Assembly: GCA_038087875.1 (NCBI GenBank) | Contig: CM075988.1 | Span: forward strand, 21,702,001 to 21,766,000 | Length of the DNA: 64,000 nucleotides | Reading direction: 5' to 3' | From: Malacoraja senta | Lineage: Eukaryota | Part shown: one piece after another, positions 51,361-64,000 of the stretch | Position numbering within the stretch: position 1 is the first letter of the stretch | Layout of the letters: each line of letters opens with the position of its first letter | Translations under genes and position numbers: made by a program | The notes under the pieces: model-generated | What the model saw: the letters and a program-made list of their open reading frames with translations, nothing else | The model's database searches: none | Told to the model about the DNA's origin: nothing

Positions 51361-51580
51361 TAGACACAAAATGCTGGAGTAACTCCGTGGGACAGGCAGC
51401 ATCTTTGGAGAGAAGGAATGGGTGACATTTCGGTTTGGAGACCTTTCTTCATTGGAGGGGTCTCATCCCGAAACGTCACCCATTCCTTCTCTCCAGAGAT
51501 GCTGCCTGTCCCACTGAGTTACTCCAGCATTTTGTGTCTATCTTCGGTGTAAACCAGCATCTGCAGTTCCTTCCCACACA
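51361..51580. mobile_element. Penelope-derived fold-back element
   Basis: TAGACACAAAATGCTGGAGTAACTC...GAGTTACTCCAGCATTTTGTGTCTA. Confidence 0.82.
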
Positions 51581-51584
51581 GTTA

Positions 51585-51990
51585 AGGGCCAGTCCCACTT
51601 AGGAGACCTAAACAGCAACCTCTGGTGACCTTTCCCGCCACCCAAGGTTTCCATGAGGTCACCAGAGGTTTTGGTCACTATCCCTAATGGTCGAAAGTAG
51701 TTTCCGCGGTGGTCGAGGCTTCATCTAGGTTGCTGCTCTTTTCAAAACGGCCTTGACTAAAAATAGGTTGCCGTTTTAAAAATCGATTATTTTTTTGTCG
51801 CGGGTCTAGTCGAAGCCGGTTGCGACGCTAGTCGAAGGTAGTCAAGGGAAGTCGAAGGAGGTTTTCTTCATAGTGGAGGAAGGTTTTCAACATATGCATG
51901 GGAGGTGGTAGGAGGTTGCAGGTCACCTCGACCTTGATTTTTTTTTGGGTGGCGGGCAAGGTCACCAGAGATTGCTGTTTACGTCTCGTC
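51585..51990. mobile_element. Harbinger-like MITE, right terminus eroded
   Basis: Left end AGGGCCAGTCCCACTTAGG; subterminal inverted repeat CTCTGGTGACCTT.CCCGCCACCCAA / TTGGGTGGCGGGCAAGGTCACCAGAG. Confidence 0.75.
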
Positions 51991-52104
51991 TCTCTTGTGT
52001 TCGAGAACTGTAGAAAATTGGTAACTTTTACTTCTTTACTCTTTCAGATTCTTTGGATCATTTGACCAAGATTGACATTAACATCAGTGGGTGCCCAACA
52101 CTTT

Positions 52105-52572
52105 AGAGTCATACAGCATGGGAACAGGCCCTTCGGCCCAACCTGCCCACATGTTCCATCTACGTTAGTCCCACCTGCCTGCGCTTGGCCCATATCTCTC
52201 TAAACTTACCCTATCCATGCACCTGTCTAAATGTTTCTGAAACACTGTGATAGTCCCAGCCTCAACTACTTCCTCCGGCAGTCTGTTCCATACACCCATC
52301 ACCCTTTGTGGGAAAAAGTTACCCGTTTCCCCCCTCACCTTAAACCTATGTCCTCCGGTTCTCGATTCCCCTTCTCTGGCCAAGAGACTCTCTGCGTCTA
52401 CCCAATCTATTCCTCTCATGATTTTGTACACCTCTATAAGATCACCCTTCATCCTCCTGCGCTCCGGGGAATGAAGCCCCAGCCTGCTCAACCTCTCCCT
52501 GTGGCTCAGGCCCTCGAGTCCTGGTAACATCCTGGTAAATCTCCTCTGAACCCTTTCTAGCTCGACAACATC
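52105..52572 (-). mobile_element. CR1 LINE 3' fragment
   Basis: ELERVQRRFTRMLPGLEGL...GDLIEVYKIMRG...FFPQRVMGVWNRLP. Confidence 0.92.
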
Positions 52573-52679
52573 AGATGGGGAGCATGCAAATTCCACAAGG
52601 GCCACACGGGTCCAAGGTCAGGACTGATCCTGGTTTAGGCCCGCCAACCGCACAATTGAACTACCAGCCCGCAATGAAG

Positions 52680-52760
52680 AGTGTTCCGCTCTGATGAGCC
52701 TTGTAGATAATGGACAGGCTTTGGGGAGTTAGGAAGTGAGTTATTGCCATTCTGCTCAGG
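52680..52760 (-). mobile_element. Ancient CR1/L2-type LINE remnant
   Basis: Minus-strand THFLTPQSLSIIYKAH resembles an old LINE RT C-terminal motif. Confidence 0.45.
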
Positions 52761-53309
52761 ATGTGTGTCCTCTTGGGTGTGTGAATTGCACTTATCCACC
52801 ATCCAACCATCCCATAATCCAGCTGCCCGCAGCTGAAAATGTGTCCCAGACCCCCGTTGTGTGCCAATGGTTTAACAGATGAGGGTCCCATAACTTTATG
52901 ACAATGCCTTGGAGTAGATGGATGCTGGAGATATTCTCCCAGCGTCAGCTGAATGTGTAATTGAAACTGCCCGAGACAAATGACATTCTGCCTAATCACC
53001 ATTCCCATTTCAGTAATACATTGAGTCGCCAGCAGTACGTTTGGAAAATAGCCAAGAACCTGCTCAAAGAGGTGGGTGATAAGCAGTCTGTTAATGGGGC
53101 TAAGAGAAGTGACAAGATGGTGATAGATAGAATGGTGATTCCAGAATCCGAATTAACCGTCACCTATAGAAGTATTGATTGAAGATAGACACAAAATGCT
53201 GGAGTAACGCAGCGGGACAGGCTGCGTGTCTGGAGAGAAGGAATGGGTGACGTTTCGGGTCGACACCCTTCTTCAGACTGAGAGGATTGGGATTGGTTTA
53301 TTATTGTCG

Positions 53310-53774
53310 GGAATCCGTCGGGAAACCGGCCGTTCCAGCCGCTCCGAGGACTCTCCCGACGGCCAGGAACATCGGGCCTCCGTAGAGGCAACTGTGGTGG
53401 CCTCAATGGGCCTGACTCTGGGGAGAACTGGGTTGGGGACTGGACATTGTGCCTTCCCCCACAGTGGTGGTCATTGTGGGGGGATGATTTTGTGTGCTGT
53501 GCCTGTCAGTCCGTGTACAAGATGGCGGTCGGAGGGGAGAGTGGACGCTGGCGCGAATTGGTCGCCGCTGCTCTCTCCTCAAATTGTGTTTCTTATTTTC
53601 TTTTGGTGCTTTTGAAATTGAATTCTGTCCTTGATTTGTGTACTGTGGTGTTTTTATATTTAATTTATTCCGATTATGTGTTTTGTATTTTTTTTGTGAT
53701 TCTATGCCTTGTAAGGTGTCCTTGGGTTTTAGAAAGGCGCCAGTAAATAAAATGATTATTATTATTATTATTAT
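53310..53774 (+). mobile_element. L2-tailed SINE-like element
   Basis: 3' TGTAAGGTGTCCTTGGGT...GAAAGGCGCC..TAAATAAAATG followed by (ATT)n. Confidence 0.6.
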
Positions 53775-54112
53775 TGTCACCTGTACCGAGATGGAGGCAA
53801 AAGGTTTATTTCATGCTAGCCAGTCAAATCGAATCATGAGTACAACCGAACCATGCATAAGTCCAACAGGTAGTGGGAAAGAGAAAAATGTCAGAGTGCA
53901 GAATATTTAAGAAAGAACTGCAGATGCTGGAAAAATCGAAGGTAGACAAAAATGCTGGAGAAACTCAGCAGGTAAGGCAGCATCTATGGGCTCGACCTTC
54001 AGGGTCCCGACCCAAAACGTCACCGATTCCTTTGCTCCATAGATGCTGCCTCACCCGCTGAGTTTCTCCAGCATTTTTGTCTACCTTAGAGTGCAGGATG
54101 TAGTGATTATAG

Positions 54113-54568
54113 ACTTTCGTCTTTAGTCTTTAGAGATACAGCATGGAAACTGGAACTTTGGCCCACCAACTTCATGCTGACCAGGGGTCACACCGTACAC
54201 TAACACCATCCTACTCACTGGGAACAATTTTGACAATTTTCACAATTATACCAAAGCTAATTTAACCGACATACCTGCACTTCTTTAGAGTGTGGGAGGA
54301 AACCGGAGTACCTGGAGAAAACCCACACGGTCATGGGGAGAACGTACAAACTCCGTACAGACTGGACCCCTAGTCAGGATCAAACCTGCGTGCTCCTGTT
54401 TCCCCCACGCATTCCAAAGACTTGCGGATTTGTAGGTTAATTGGCTTCAGTAAATTGTCTCTAGTGTGTAGGATAGTGCTAGTGTACGGGGTGATCGCTG
54501 GTCGGCGCGGACTAGGTGGGCCGGAGGGCCTGTTTCCGCGCTGTATCTCAAAACAAAACTAAGCTAAA
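54113..54568. mobile_element. Two partial HE1 SINEs in opposite orientation
   Basis: Minus copy 54113-54388, plus copy 54390-54568. Confidence 0.8.
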
Positions 54569-55031
54569 TTGCTGTGAGGTGTAAATACAAGAACAACAGC
54601 TGGTCCAGGAAGCCGGAATGTTCTGGAAGCACACTCTCATCAAACATGACGGTATCTGCCCTGCCTGAGATGAGCTAACAACATGAAGAGAAGCCTTTCC
54701 TTCAAGATTGCTGAAACGTCACAGTGTCGACATTTTCTCAAACTGAGAATTAATTATAATACGTGATGATATTGATTGGGCAATAAAAGGAGTTGGCAAT
54801 GACTTCATTCAATCATCAGTGCCTGTAATTACCCTGTTGGTAATGTGAGCAAAAATAGAAGTGCAGAGATCTGACGCACTTTACAAATTACATCCTCAGA
54901 TGCCAGAGATGAATCCAGCTGTGCATTGGTCCCAGCACATAGATGATATATATACTCAGGGATCTCACACTCATTTGTTCTATTGAACTTGCAGGGCAGC
55001 TGGCAACGATTGCTTAAGACTTTAGACTTTT

Positions 55032-55512
55032 AGGGCAGCACGGTGGCGCAGCAGGTAGAGTTGCTGCCTTACAGCGCCAGAGACCCAGGTTCGATTCTGA
55101 CCACGGGTGCTGTCGGTACGGAGTTTGTACCTTCTCCCCGTGACCTGCGTGGGTTTTCTCCGAGATCTTCGGTTTCCTCCCACACACCACAGACGTACAG
55201 GTTTGTTGGTTAATTGGCTTGGTATACATGTCAATTGTTCCTAGCATGTGTGGAATAGTGTTAGTGTGCGGGGATTGCTGGTCGGTGCGGAAGTGGTGGG
55301 CCAAAGGGCCTGTTTCCGTTCTGTTTCTCGAAACTTAACTTTAAAGATACGGTGTTGAAATGGCCCCTTCGGCTCACTGAAACCACGCTGGCCAGAGATC
55401 ACAATGAACACCAGCACTATCGTACACACTAAGGACAATTAACAGTTTTTTTTACCAAAGCCAATTAATCTACAAACCTGCACGTCTTTGAAATGTGGGT
55501 GGAAACCGGAAC
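55032..55512. mobile_element. HE1 SINE (+) abutting a partial HE1 (-)
   Basis: Plus copy 55032-55338, minus copy 55339-55512. Confidence 0.82.
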
Positions 55513-56609
55513 AGCCGGTCTCACTATTTATTATAATTACAAATGCAGCAAACTGTGTGGTGTGAATGAAGATAGACACAAAGTGCTGGAGTAACTCAGA
55601 GGGACAGGCAGCCTCTCTGGAGAGAAGGAATGGGTGACGTTTCGGGTCGAGACCCTTCTTCAGACTGATATAAGCACAGCTTTTAAGGGCCCAGTTTCTA
55701 TTTTGTGCCAAGGATTACTCTTTGTGTCAAGAGAAAAAAAAAACTCTGTTATAAATAAAACAAAGTATAATCAATAATTCACTATCTAAAGATGATTGCA
55801 AAATTGATTTTTGTGATTACTTAAATAACCTTTTAAATAACCAAGTCTATACAGCAGGACTTCTATCTACTCTTGTCCACGGACAAATATTGGATGTGGG
55901 TAGGTTTATGGAAGAGTTGAATCATGCCTATTAGTTGGTAATTGACTTGGTGTCCTCTCCGCATCTGCTTCGTGCCAGTCACAGACTAGTAGACACATGG
56001 GTTGGATGTGACTGGAATCCACAAGCAGAGAGCCTGTCTGTCTGTACATCGTGTTCCCACCCAGGAACAAACACAACTGCTGGAGCACAATCACCAGAGT
56101 CAACCGTCTCGCAAGGTTCTGGAGAAGGGTCTTGACCCCAAACGTCACCCATTCCTTCTCTCCAGAGATGCTGCCTGCCCCGCTGAGTCACTCCAGCCTT
56201 TTTTTTTGTCTACCTTCGGTTTAAACCGGCATCTGCAGTTCCTTCCGATCGCATCTTGCAAGGTCTGGGTGGGAAGGAACTGCAGATGCTGGTTTAGAAG
56301 GGATGGCTGATGATTCGGGTCGAGAGCCCTTCAAAGTCAATGGGCAACGGTCAAAGGTGCTTTAGAGTCAAAGAGTCATACAGTGTAAAGATACCAATGA
56401 TATCAAATGGTTAGGTCCAAATGATGGCCTTCAATGAAGAGGGACCCCATTTACGACCGACGCGATGAGGAATACCTTTCACCAAAGAATCTTGAGTCTC
56501 AATTAATCAATCAATCAGTTTTATTTGTCACTTGCACATAAAGTTTTTTTTTTTTAATTTACACAAACATCTTTAGAATTTAGAATCTTGAGTCTTTAGA
56601 ATTCCTCGT

Positions 56610-56925
56610 GCCACACAATGGCACAGTTGGTAGAACTGCTGCTTCACAGCACCAGAGACCTGGATTCGATGCTGCCCTCGGGTGCTTTCTTTGTGGAGTT
56701 TGCACGTTCTCCCTGTGGGTGGATTTCCTCTGGGTGCTCCGGTTTCTTCCAACATCCCAAAGACGTACAGGTTTGTCGGTTAATTGGCCCTCTGCAAAGT
56801 TGCCCCTAGCGTGTAGGGAGTGGAGGAGAAAGTGGGATGATGTGGAACTGTGGTGTGAACTGATGATCGGTGGTCGCCGGGGGCTCGGTGGGACAAAGGG
56901 CCTGTTTCCCTGCTATACATTTAAA
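56610..56925 (+). mobile_element. Older HE1-type SINE
   Basis: Diverged A/B boxes and V-domain. Confidence 0.75.
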
Positions 56926-56994
56926 ATAACGAAAGATGAACCCTTGAATACTTTTCACACTGAGATAGAATTTTAATGTTCTGGAATTGTATGA

Positions 56995-57510
56995 GCGGGA
57001 ATCTCATAGAGATGTATAAAATCATGAGAGGAATAGATCGGGTAGACGCACAGAGTCTCTTGCCCGGAGTAGGTGAATCGAAGACCTGAGGACCATAGGT
57101 TTATGAGGAGGTAGTTGAAGCTGGGACTATCCCAGCATTTACGAAACAGACAGGTACATGGATTGTTAAAGAAGGAACTGCAGATGCTGGAAAATCGAAG
57201 GTACACAAAAATGCTGGAGAAACTCAGCGGGTGCAGCAGCATCTATGGAGCGAAGGAAATAGAAGAAGGGTTTCGGAAGAAGGGTTTCGGCCTGAAACGT
57301 TGCCTATTTCCTTCGCTCCATAGATGCTGCTGCACCCGCTGAGTTTCTCCAGCATTTTTGTGTACGCTAGGTACATGCATTGGACAGGTTTGGAGGGATA
57401 TGGACCAAATGCAGGCAGGTGGGACTAGTGCAGATGGGACATGTTGGCCGGTGTGGGCAAGTTGGGCCGAAGGGCCTGTTACCACGCTGTATCACTCAAT
57501 GACGCTATGA
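56995..57510 (+). mobile_element. CR1 3' fragment with nested fold-back element
   Basis: LIEMYKIMRGIDRVDAQSLLP remnant and CR1 tail. Confidence 0.8.
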
Positions 57511-57931
57511 ATATAATTGGATCGTCCATGATCTTATGAAGAGCAGTATTGGAGGGCTGAATGGGCTGTTCCTATTTCTCATGCTTTTAATACGTCTTCC
57601 TTTTCCAGTACTTGAACATTAACGTTGCAAGGATAAGTTTATGTTTCTAAGCAATCAGCAACTGCATAATTAAACCTGAGGTGTGTGGAATTTTATGTGA
57701 TTCTTAATCTGCAATCAAAAACAAATTGTAAACAAATAGCGTTCTGATGACTCATAAGAATGTTCGTGCAGTTTGAATAACACTAATGCTCAACACAGAG
57801 TGCATTTGCAGTATCTGCTTAACATTTCATAATTCCACTCTATTGCAATTATTAGGAACATATGAATCTAAAATGTGACAAGTAATTCTCATGTCGAGGG
57901 CAAATAAAAGATGCAGCGCTGGTTTAGTGAC

Positions 57932-58234
57932 TTAGTTCAGTTTAGTTTAGAGATACAGCGCGGAAACACCAAGTCCGCACCGACCAGCGATCCCCGCACA
58001 CTAACACTAACCTTCACACACTAGGTCAAATTTACACTTTGACCAAGCCAATTAACCGACAGAGCTGCATGTCTTTGGAGTGTGGGGGGGAAACCGAAGA
58101 TCTCGGAGAAATCCCATGCGATCACGGGGAGAACGTAGAAACTCCGTACAGACAGCACCTGCGGTCGGGATTGAACCCGGGTCTCTGGCGCTGCAAGTGT
58201 TGTAAGGCAGCAACTACCGCTACGCCACCGTGCC
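57932..58234 (-). mobile_element. HE1-type SINE
   Basis: Reverse-complement copy. Confidence 0.85.
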
Positions 58235-58654
58235 TCGCTTTCTATCCATGGATGGCTACAGTATATACAGGGAGATGTTCAGAGCTGATGTATCTCAGGT
58301 GGAAACTGTGCGCATCAGCCTAGAAGCCTCTTGCCATCAACAGTATTCATAGCAATCCCTCATTCCAGTAACACATTTTGTTCAAACACTTACAAGAATA
58401 TTCTTGTATGTTTGCGAAGGAACTGCAGATGCTGAAGATAGACACAAAATGCTGGAGTAACTCAGTGGGACAGGCAGCATCTTTGGAGAGGAGGAATGGG
58501 TGGCATCTGAAGAAGGGTCTCGACCCGAAACGTCACCCATTCCTCTCTCCCGCTGAGTTACTCCAGCATTTTGTGTGTCTCTTGTTTGTTTGTTTGTTTG
58601 TTTGTTTGTTTGTTTATTATTATCACGTGTAATCAGATACAGTGATAAGCTGTT

Positions 58655-58837
58655 AAAGAAGGAACTGCAGATGCTGGAAAATCGAAGGTACACAAAAATG
58701 CTGGAGAAACTCAGCGGGTGCAGCAGCATCTATGGAGCGAAGGAAATAGGTAACGTTTCGGCCTGAAACGTTACCTATTTCCTTCGCTCCATAGATGCTG
58801 CTGCACCCGCTGAGTTTCTCCAGCATTTTTGTGTACC
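58655..58837. mobile_element. Penelope-derived fold-back (inverted pLTR) element with target duplication
   Basis: Arms of ~74 bp are reverse complements around GGCCT; TACAGTGATAAGCTGTT is duplicated at 58638-58654 and 58838-58854. Confidence 0.88.
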
Positions 58838-59557
58838 TACAGTGATAAGCTGTTGTTTGCATGCTATACAGTAAAAATATACTATACATGTGTAATGGTA
58901 CTTGAAGGGTCTCGACCCGAAACGCCGCCTATTTCCTTCGCTCCATAGAAGCTGCATCACCCGCTGAGTTTCTCCAGCATTTTTGTCTACCTTTGATTAT
59001 TATCTATTATCTTTGTGTTATTGTGTCTACTGGCCTATCAAGCTGCGGCAGGTTAGAAGTTCATTGTTCCGCTGTCAATCTATATGACAATCACATACTC
59101 CTGATTCCTGAATCGTGCCCCCTTCTCCATTCTCGAAGGCAAGATTACTGGCGCTGGTTTACAAGCCTTGAGGGTAGGATGCTGCATATTTGCTTTGAAA
59201 CACATGCAGCAGTCTCAGCTGCAATGCTGCAGGTTTAGCTTCGCTAATATTCTCGCCATCGGCAGGCACGGAATTTGTGCTGCATTTGCTCTACAGATAA
59301 TAAACTAAATGCCACAGGATGCTCCGTCTTCTCATTTCCATTCTAAGTAACTGTGCGACAGTTAGACTGATACTAATTACTGCCAATTCAAGCTCCACGC
59401 CAGCTTCCATCTGCACCCTGGTGTGAGGAGACGGAGGGGAATGCAGAGAGAGGATAAACTGTAAGCATATAAACCTCCAGCAGCCTACACATGGACAGGG
59501 CCTGAGTAGGCCTCGACTATTAAAAAACAAATGCAAAATTGACAGGTCCTGCACTTT

Positions 59558-59750
59558 CCTCTGTCTCTCTCGCCCTCTCTTCCTCTCTCCCTATCTCTCT
59601 CTCTCTCTCTCTCGCCCTCTCTTCCTCTCTCCCTATCTCTCTCTCTCTCTCGCCCTCTTTTCATCTCTCCCTCCCTCCATCCCTCCCTTCGTCCTCCCTC
59701 TTCCTCTCTCTCTGCATATATATATATATGTATACATATATATATATATT
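59558..59750. repeat. (CT)n-rich plus (TA)n microsatellite
   Basis: Seen directly. Confidence 0.95.
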
Positions 59751-59751
59751 T

Positions 59752-60562
59752 AGAATGCTATTTATTGTCATTCAAACCAAGGCTTGAACGAAATATCATT
59801 ACTACAGTTTTTTATTTATTTATTTTTTCACATTACAAAAAAACCAAGACCCACACTTAACACAGTTTACATAAACATCCATCACAGTGAGTCTCCAACA
59901 CCTCCTCACTGTGATGGAAGGCAAAGTCTTATCTCTTCCCTTTATTCTTCACCCGCGGTCCAGCAGTCCAACTGCAGCGTCTAGGCGAACTGGGGCTCCG
60001 ATGTTAAAGCCCCTGGCAGACGATGGTAAGTCCCGTGGCCGCTAACCCGCGCCGGGCGATGTTAGGCCTCGCTCCGTGTCCTCCAAACCTCGCGATTCCA
60101 GCGGGAGAAGTTGCCGTTGCGGGAGCTCCGAAAAGCCGTCTCCCACCAGGGACCTGGAGCTCCCGATGTTCCTGTCCACCGGGCCCGCAGCCGGAGCTTC
60201 TGAAACTCCAAAGTCGGGTCGCAGCCGAGCGCCACCACAGCTCTCCCCGCTCCAAAGCCGGCCAGCTCCGCGATGTCAGGTCCCAGGCTCCGCGACTGGA
60301 GCCCTCAGGTTGGTCCCGGCCGGAGGCCGCCGCCGGCTCCACAATGTTAGGCCCAACGACATCGGAGATCCGACAGGGAAAAAGTCGGGTCCCCGTACAG
60401 GGAAGAGATTAACGGTTTCCCCAACATCCCCCCCTCCACCCCCCACATATACACAGCTAAAAAATAATAAAAACTAAGCTCAAGACATACATTTAACAAG
60501 ACAAAAAAAAAGACGGACGACTGTAGTTGAGCCGCTGCCGTTAGGTGCCGCCACTCCCACAT
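59752..60562 (-). mobile_element. GC-rich non-autonomous retroelement (family also at 4780-5100 and 19190-19640)
   Basis: Shares CATCCATCACAGTG...CACTGTGATGGAAGGCAAAGTC hairpin and GCCCC.GGC...CGATGGTAAGT motifs with the other copies. Confidence 0.65.
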
Positions 60563-60564
60563 AA

Positions 60565-60569
60565 ATGTA

Positions 60570-60602
<33 letters not shown>

Positions 60603-60785
60603 CAATATATATATATATATGTGTATATACATATATATACATGCACACATATATATACACACACACACACACACATATGCACACACACATATATATATAT
60701 ATATACACACATGTATACATATACATACATATATATATATATACATATACATACATATATATACTTACATATATATACATATATG
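60565..60785. repeat. Compound (TG)/(TA)/(CA) microsatellite
   Basis: Seen directly. Confidence 0.95.
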
Positions 60786-61513
60786 ATTACATTTCAATGC
60801 CGACCTGACCTGCAATATATCACAAGATTATTGTTAATGTGATTGCTTCCCTGTAGGAATGTAAGCGGATATTTAGGGCTAATATTAATGTGAATAGCTG
60901 AATAAATATAATTTCTGAAGATAAACACGATTCCAAATCAGCGTTAGTGTTTAGGTGATTTTAATAGCAGTGGCAAAACATGTTATAAAGCCCGGAAAGT
61001 GTTGATTCCATATTTTTATTCAGAGCTCATTATATGTTGCTCATTAAAGTTGAAGTTGTGTTTACTGTCAGCCATTAATGCCCAATTAGCTCTGTAATCC
61101 GTTATTCCATCATGGGCGATGGGCCTACAACAGGCTCCGTCTCCAGTTCTATGCTTCAGTATTAAGTCCTTGGCTGAATTTATTCTGATTTGAAATTAAG
61201 CTTCTGGCAACATGGCATCAATTAAAAGTACGGAGAATTAAAAGAACCAGGAGAGGAACTAAGAAGTACTGTTGTACAGAGTTACAAAAGAATGCTTTGT
61301 TTGGGGATTACATAGTGTGTTTGATGCTGATGAGACAGCCCAGATCCGCCAAGGATCCTCGTCTCGTGAATAACCTATCTAGGAAATTTAATTTGAAGGT
61401 AGACACAAAAAGGTGGAATAACTCAGCAGGCCAGGCAGCATCTCTGGAGAAAAGCAATAGGTGACTGAGATGAGGGGAACAAGATGGTGATATAGAGAGA
61501 TATGGAACAAATA

Positions 61514-62470
61514 AGGTCATATGGTCATATGTGGTAGGAGCCGAATTAGGCCATTCGGCCCACCAAGTCTACTCTGCCATTCAATCATGGCTGATCTATC
61601 TCTCCCTCCTAACCCCATTCTCCTGCCTTCTCCCCATAACCCCTGACACCCGTACTGATCAAGAATCTATCTATCTCTGCTTTAAAAATATCCATTGGCT
61701 TGGCCTCCACATCATCCACAGATTCACCACCCTCTGACTAAATACATTTCTTCTCATCTCCTTCCTAAAGGAACATCCTTTGAGGCTATGACCTCTAATC
61801 ATAGACTCCCCCACTAGTGGAATCATCCACTCCACATCCACTCTATCCAAGCCTTTCACTAGTCAGTATGTTTCAATGAGGTCCCCCCCACTCATTCTTC
61901 TAAACTCCAGCGAGTACAGGCCCAGTGCCGTCAAACGCTCATCATAAATTAACCCACTCATTCCTGGGATCATTCTTGTAAACTTCCTCTGGACCCCCTC
62001 CAGGGCCAGATATGGGGCCCTAAAGTGCTCACAATACCACAAATGTGTCCTGACCAGCGCCTTATAGAGCCTCAGCATTACATCCCTGTTTTTGTATTCT
62101 AACCCTCTTGAAATAAATGCTAGCATGGAGTTTGCCTTCTTCCGATTCGACTAGCAGATTAACTTTTCCGTATTCATGCACCAGCAATCCCAAGTCCCTT
62201 TGCACCTCCGATTTCTGGTTTCTCTCCCCATTTAGAAAATAGTCTACGCCTTTATTCCTACTACTAAAATGCATGACTCCACACTTTGCTACACTCTATT
62301 CCATCTGCCACTTCTCTGCCCACTCTCCCAACCTGTCCAAGTCCTTCTGCAGAGTCCCTGCTTTGTCTACACTACCTGCCCCTCCACCTATTTTCGTATC
62401 ATCCGCGAACTTGGCCACAAAGCCTTCAATCCCCTCGTCCAAATCATTAATATACAACGTGAAGAGTAAC
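61514..62470 (-). mobile_element. CR1/HER1 LINE 3' fragment, degenerate
   Basis: Minus-strand LAFISRGLEYKNRDVMLRLYKALVR and FSQRVVNLW; CR1-type 3' UTR. Confidence 0.92.
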
Positions 62471-62710
62471 GGTTTTATTGAGCTGAACTACATTAAACTA
62501 ATCACCTCTGCCTGCACATAATCCATATCCCTCCTTTCCCAGTTTATCCATGTGACTATCTAAAGGCATCTCAAAGGCCACTATCGTATACACAACCACC
62601 TCTCGTTCCAGGCTCTCTCAACCCTCCGTGTAAAAACCGTGCCCACACATCTCCTGTAAACCTTGCACCTCTCACCTTAAAGCTACAGCCAGCAAAGTGC
62701 AAAGAAAGAG

Positions 62711-63005
62711 GGCGCAGTGGTAGAGTTGCTGCCTTACAGCGGCAGAGACCCGGGTTCGATCCCGACCACGGGTGCTGTCTGTACGGAGTTTGCACGTTCT
62801 CCCCGTGACCTGCGTGGGTTTTCACCAAGATCTCCGCTTCCCTCCCACACTCCAAAGACGTACAACAGGTTTGTAGGTCAATTGGCTTGGTGCAAGTGTA
62901 AATTGTCCCTAATGTGTCTGGGATAGTGTTAATGTGCGGGGATCTCTGGCTGGTGTTGACCAAAGGGCCTGTTTCCATGCTGTATCTCTAAACAAAACAT
63001 AACTA
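62711..63005 (+). mobile_element. HE1-type SINE
   Basis: B box, V-domain and tail. Confidence 0.87.
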
Positions 63006-64000
63006 AAAATACAATGATTATTTATGCAGGAGTCACATTTTTCAGGAGACCTCAAAAGTCACGTTAGTTAATATTGCTGGTGCCGTGCCTACAGACTGTT
63101 GCTGTTCAGAAAGAAAGTGATGTGTGAATTAGGAGTTAAGGACTATTTAACTTAATTTCAGGAGCAGAAAAGATGGCCTTTGTGAGCCACATTAGTCACA
63201 AAACATTCATTCATAAGAACCAATATATTAATTCCATAGAATCCAGGAGAAATGATCGGTGAGTTTTTATTGAACAACATTTTGTATCACAAATCCTTCA
63301 AAGTTATTAGAGTAGCTAACACTGACAATGGGAACACAGTTTCTAAAGCACTTAAGCCTGCAGATACTTATAAGGAAGCTTACGTGGAAATTTGTGGAAA
63401 TTATCCAGGTAATTGAAACTGAGCTAACACACATCTGCCTTTGTGGTGATACAGTCACAGAGTGATACAGTGTGGAAACAGGCCCTTTGGCCCAACCTGC
63501 CCATGCCAACCAACATGTCCCCATCTACACTATTCCCACCTGCCCGTGCTTGGCCCATAACTCTCTAAGCTCTCCAAACTTAAATCTGTAGAATTCTTTG
63601 CCATCGACAGCCATGGAGGCCAAGTCAGTGGATACTTTTAAGGCAGAGATAGATAGTTTCTTGATTAGTACATGTGTCAGAGGTTATGGGGAGAAGGCAG
63701 GAGAATGGGGTTAGGAGGGAGAGATAGATCAGTCATGATTGAATGGCGGAGTAGACTTGATGAGCCGAATACTCCTATTCCTTATGACCTTAAATGTTAT
63801 GATAGTACCTGCCTCAACAACCTCCTCTGGCAGCTCGTTCCATATAGCCACCAGTCCAGTGTTTTGTGTTTTTTTAATGCTCAATTAGGACTATCTTAGT
63901 TGGGACCCCATGCTGGCATTTTTGAGTTGGGCTGAATGGGCCAGGTTCCGTGCTGTTTGATTCTCCGACTGCGGGTTCACTTCAAGTCAACCGCCTGGGC

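Noticed and set aside
60004..60477. Overlapping 112-133 aa ORFs
   Set aside because: GC-rich repeat interior with few stop codons and no recognisable domain.

Overview
Repeat-saturated, non-genic (intergenic or deep intronic) vertebrate DNA, almost certainly from a cartilaginous fish and probably a skate or ray. It is dominated by HE1-type tRNA-derived V-SINEs, HER1/CR1 LINE 3' fragments, Rex1/Babar 3' fragments, Penelope-derived short elements, Harbinger-like and hAT-like non-autonomous DNA elements, L1/Tx1, L2 and RTE remnants, and microsatellites. I could not identify a host protein-coding gene; nearly all ORF-track entries are repeat translations. Best observations: (1) a 238-bp TG...CA LTR-derived insert with a 5-bp TSD carrying a 44-nt copy of the mature tRNA-Ser 3' end including CCA; (2) dozens of Penelope-derived fold-back elements built around a hammerhead-ribozyme-like core, some with target duplications, two in the same Penelope site and one sharing a non-family spacer with a site 30 kb away; (3) a 3'-truncated, poly(A)-tailed U6 retrocopy; (4) an RTE-5'UTR-derived SINE-like insert; (5) a ~470-bp local duplication. 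Family names come from my recognition of motifs, not from database searches, and repeat boundaries are approximate.
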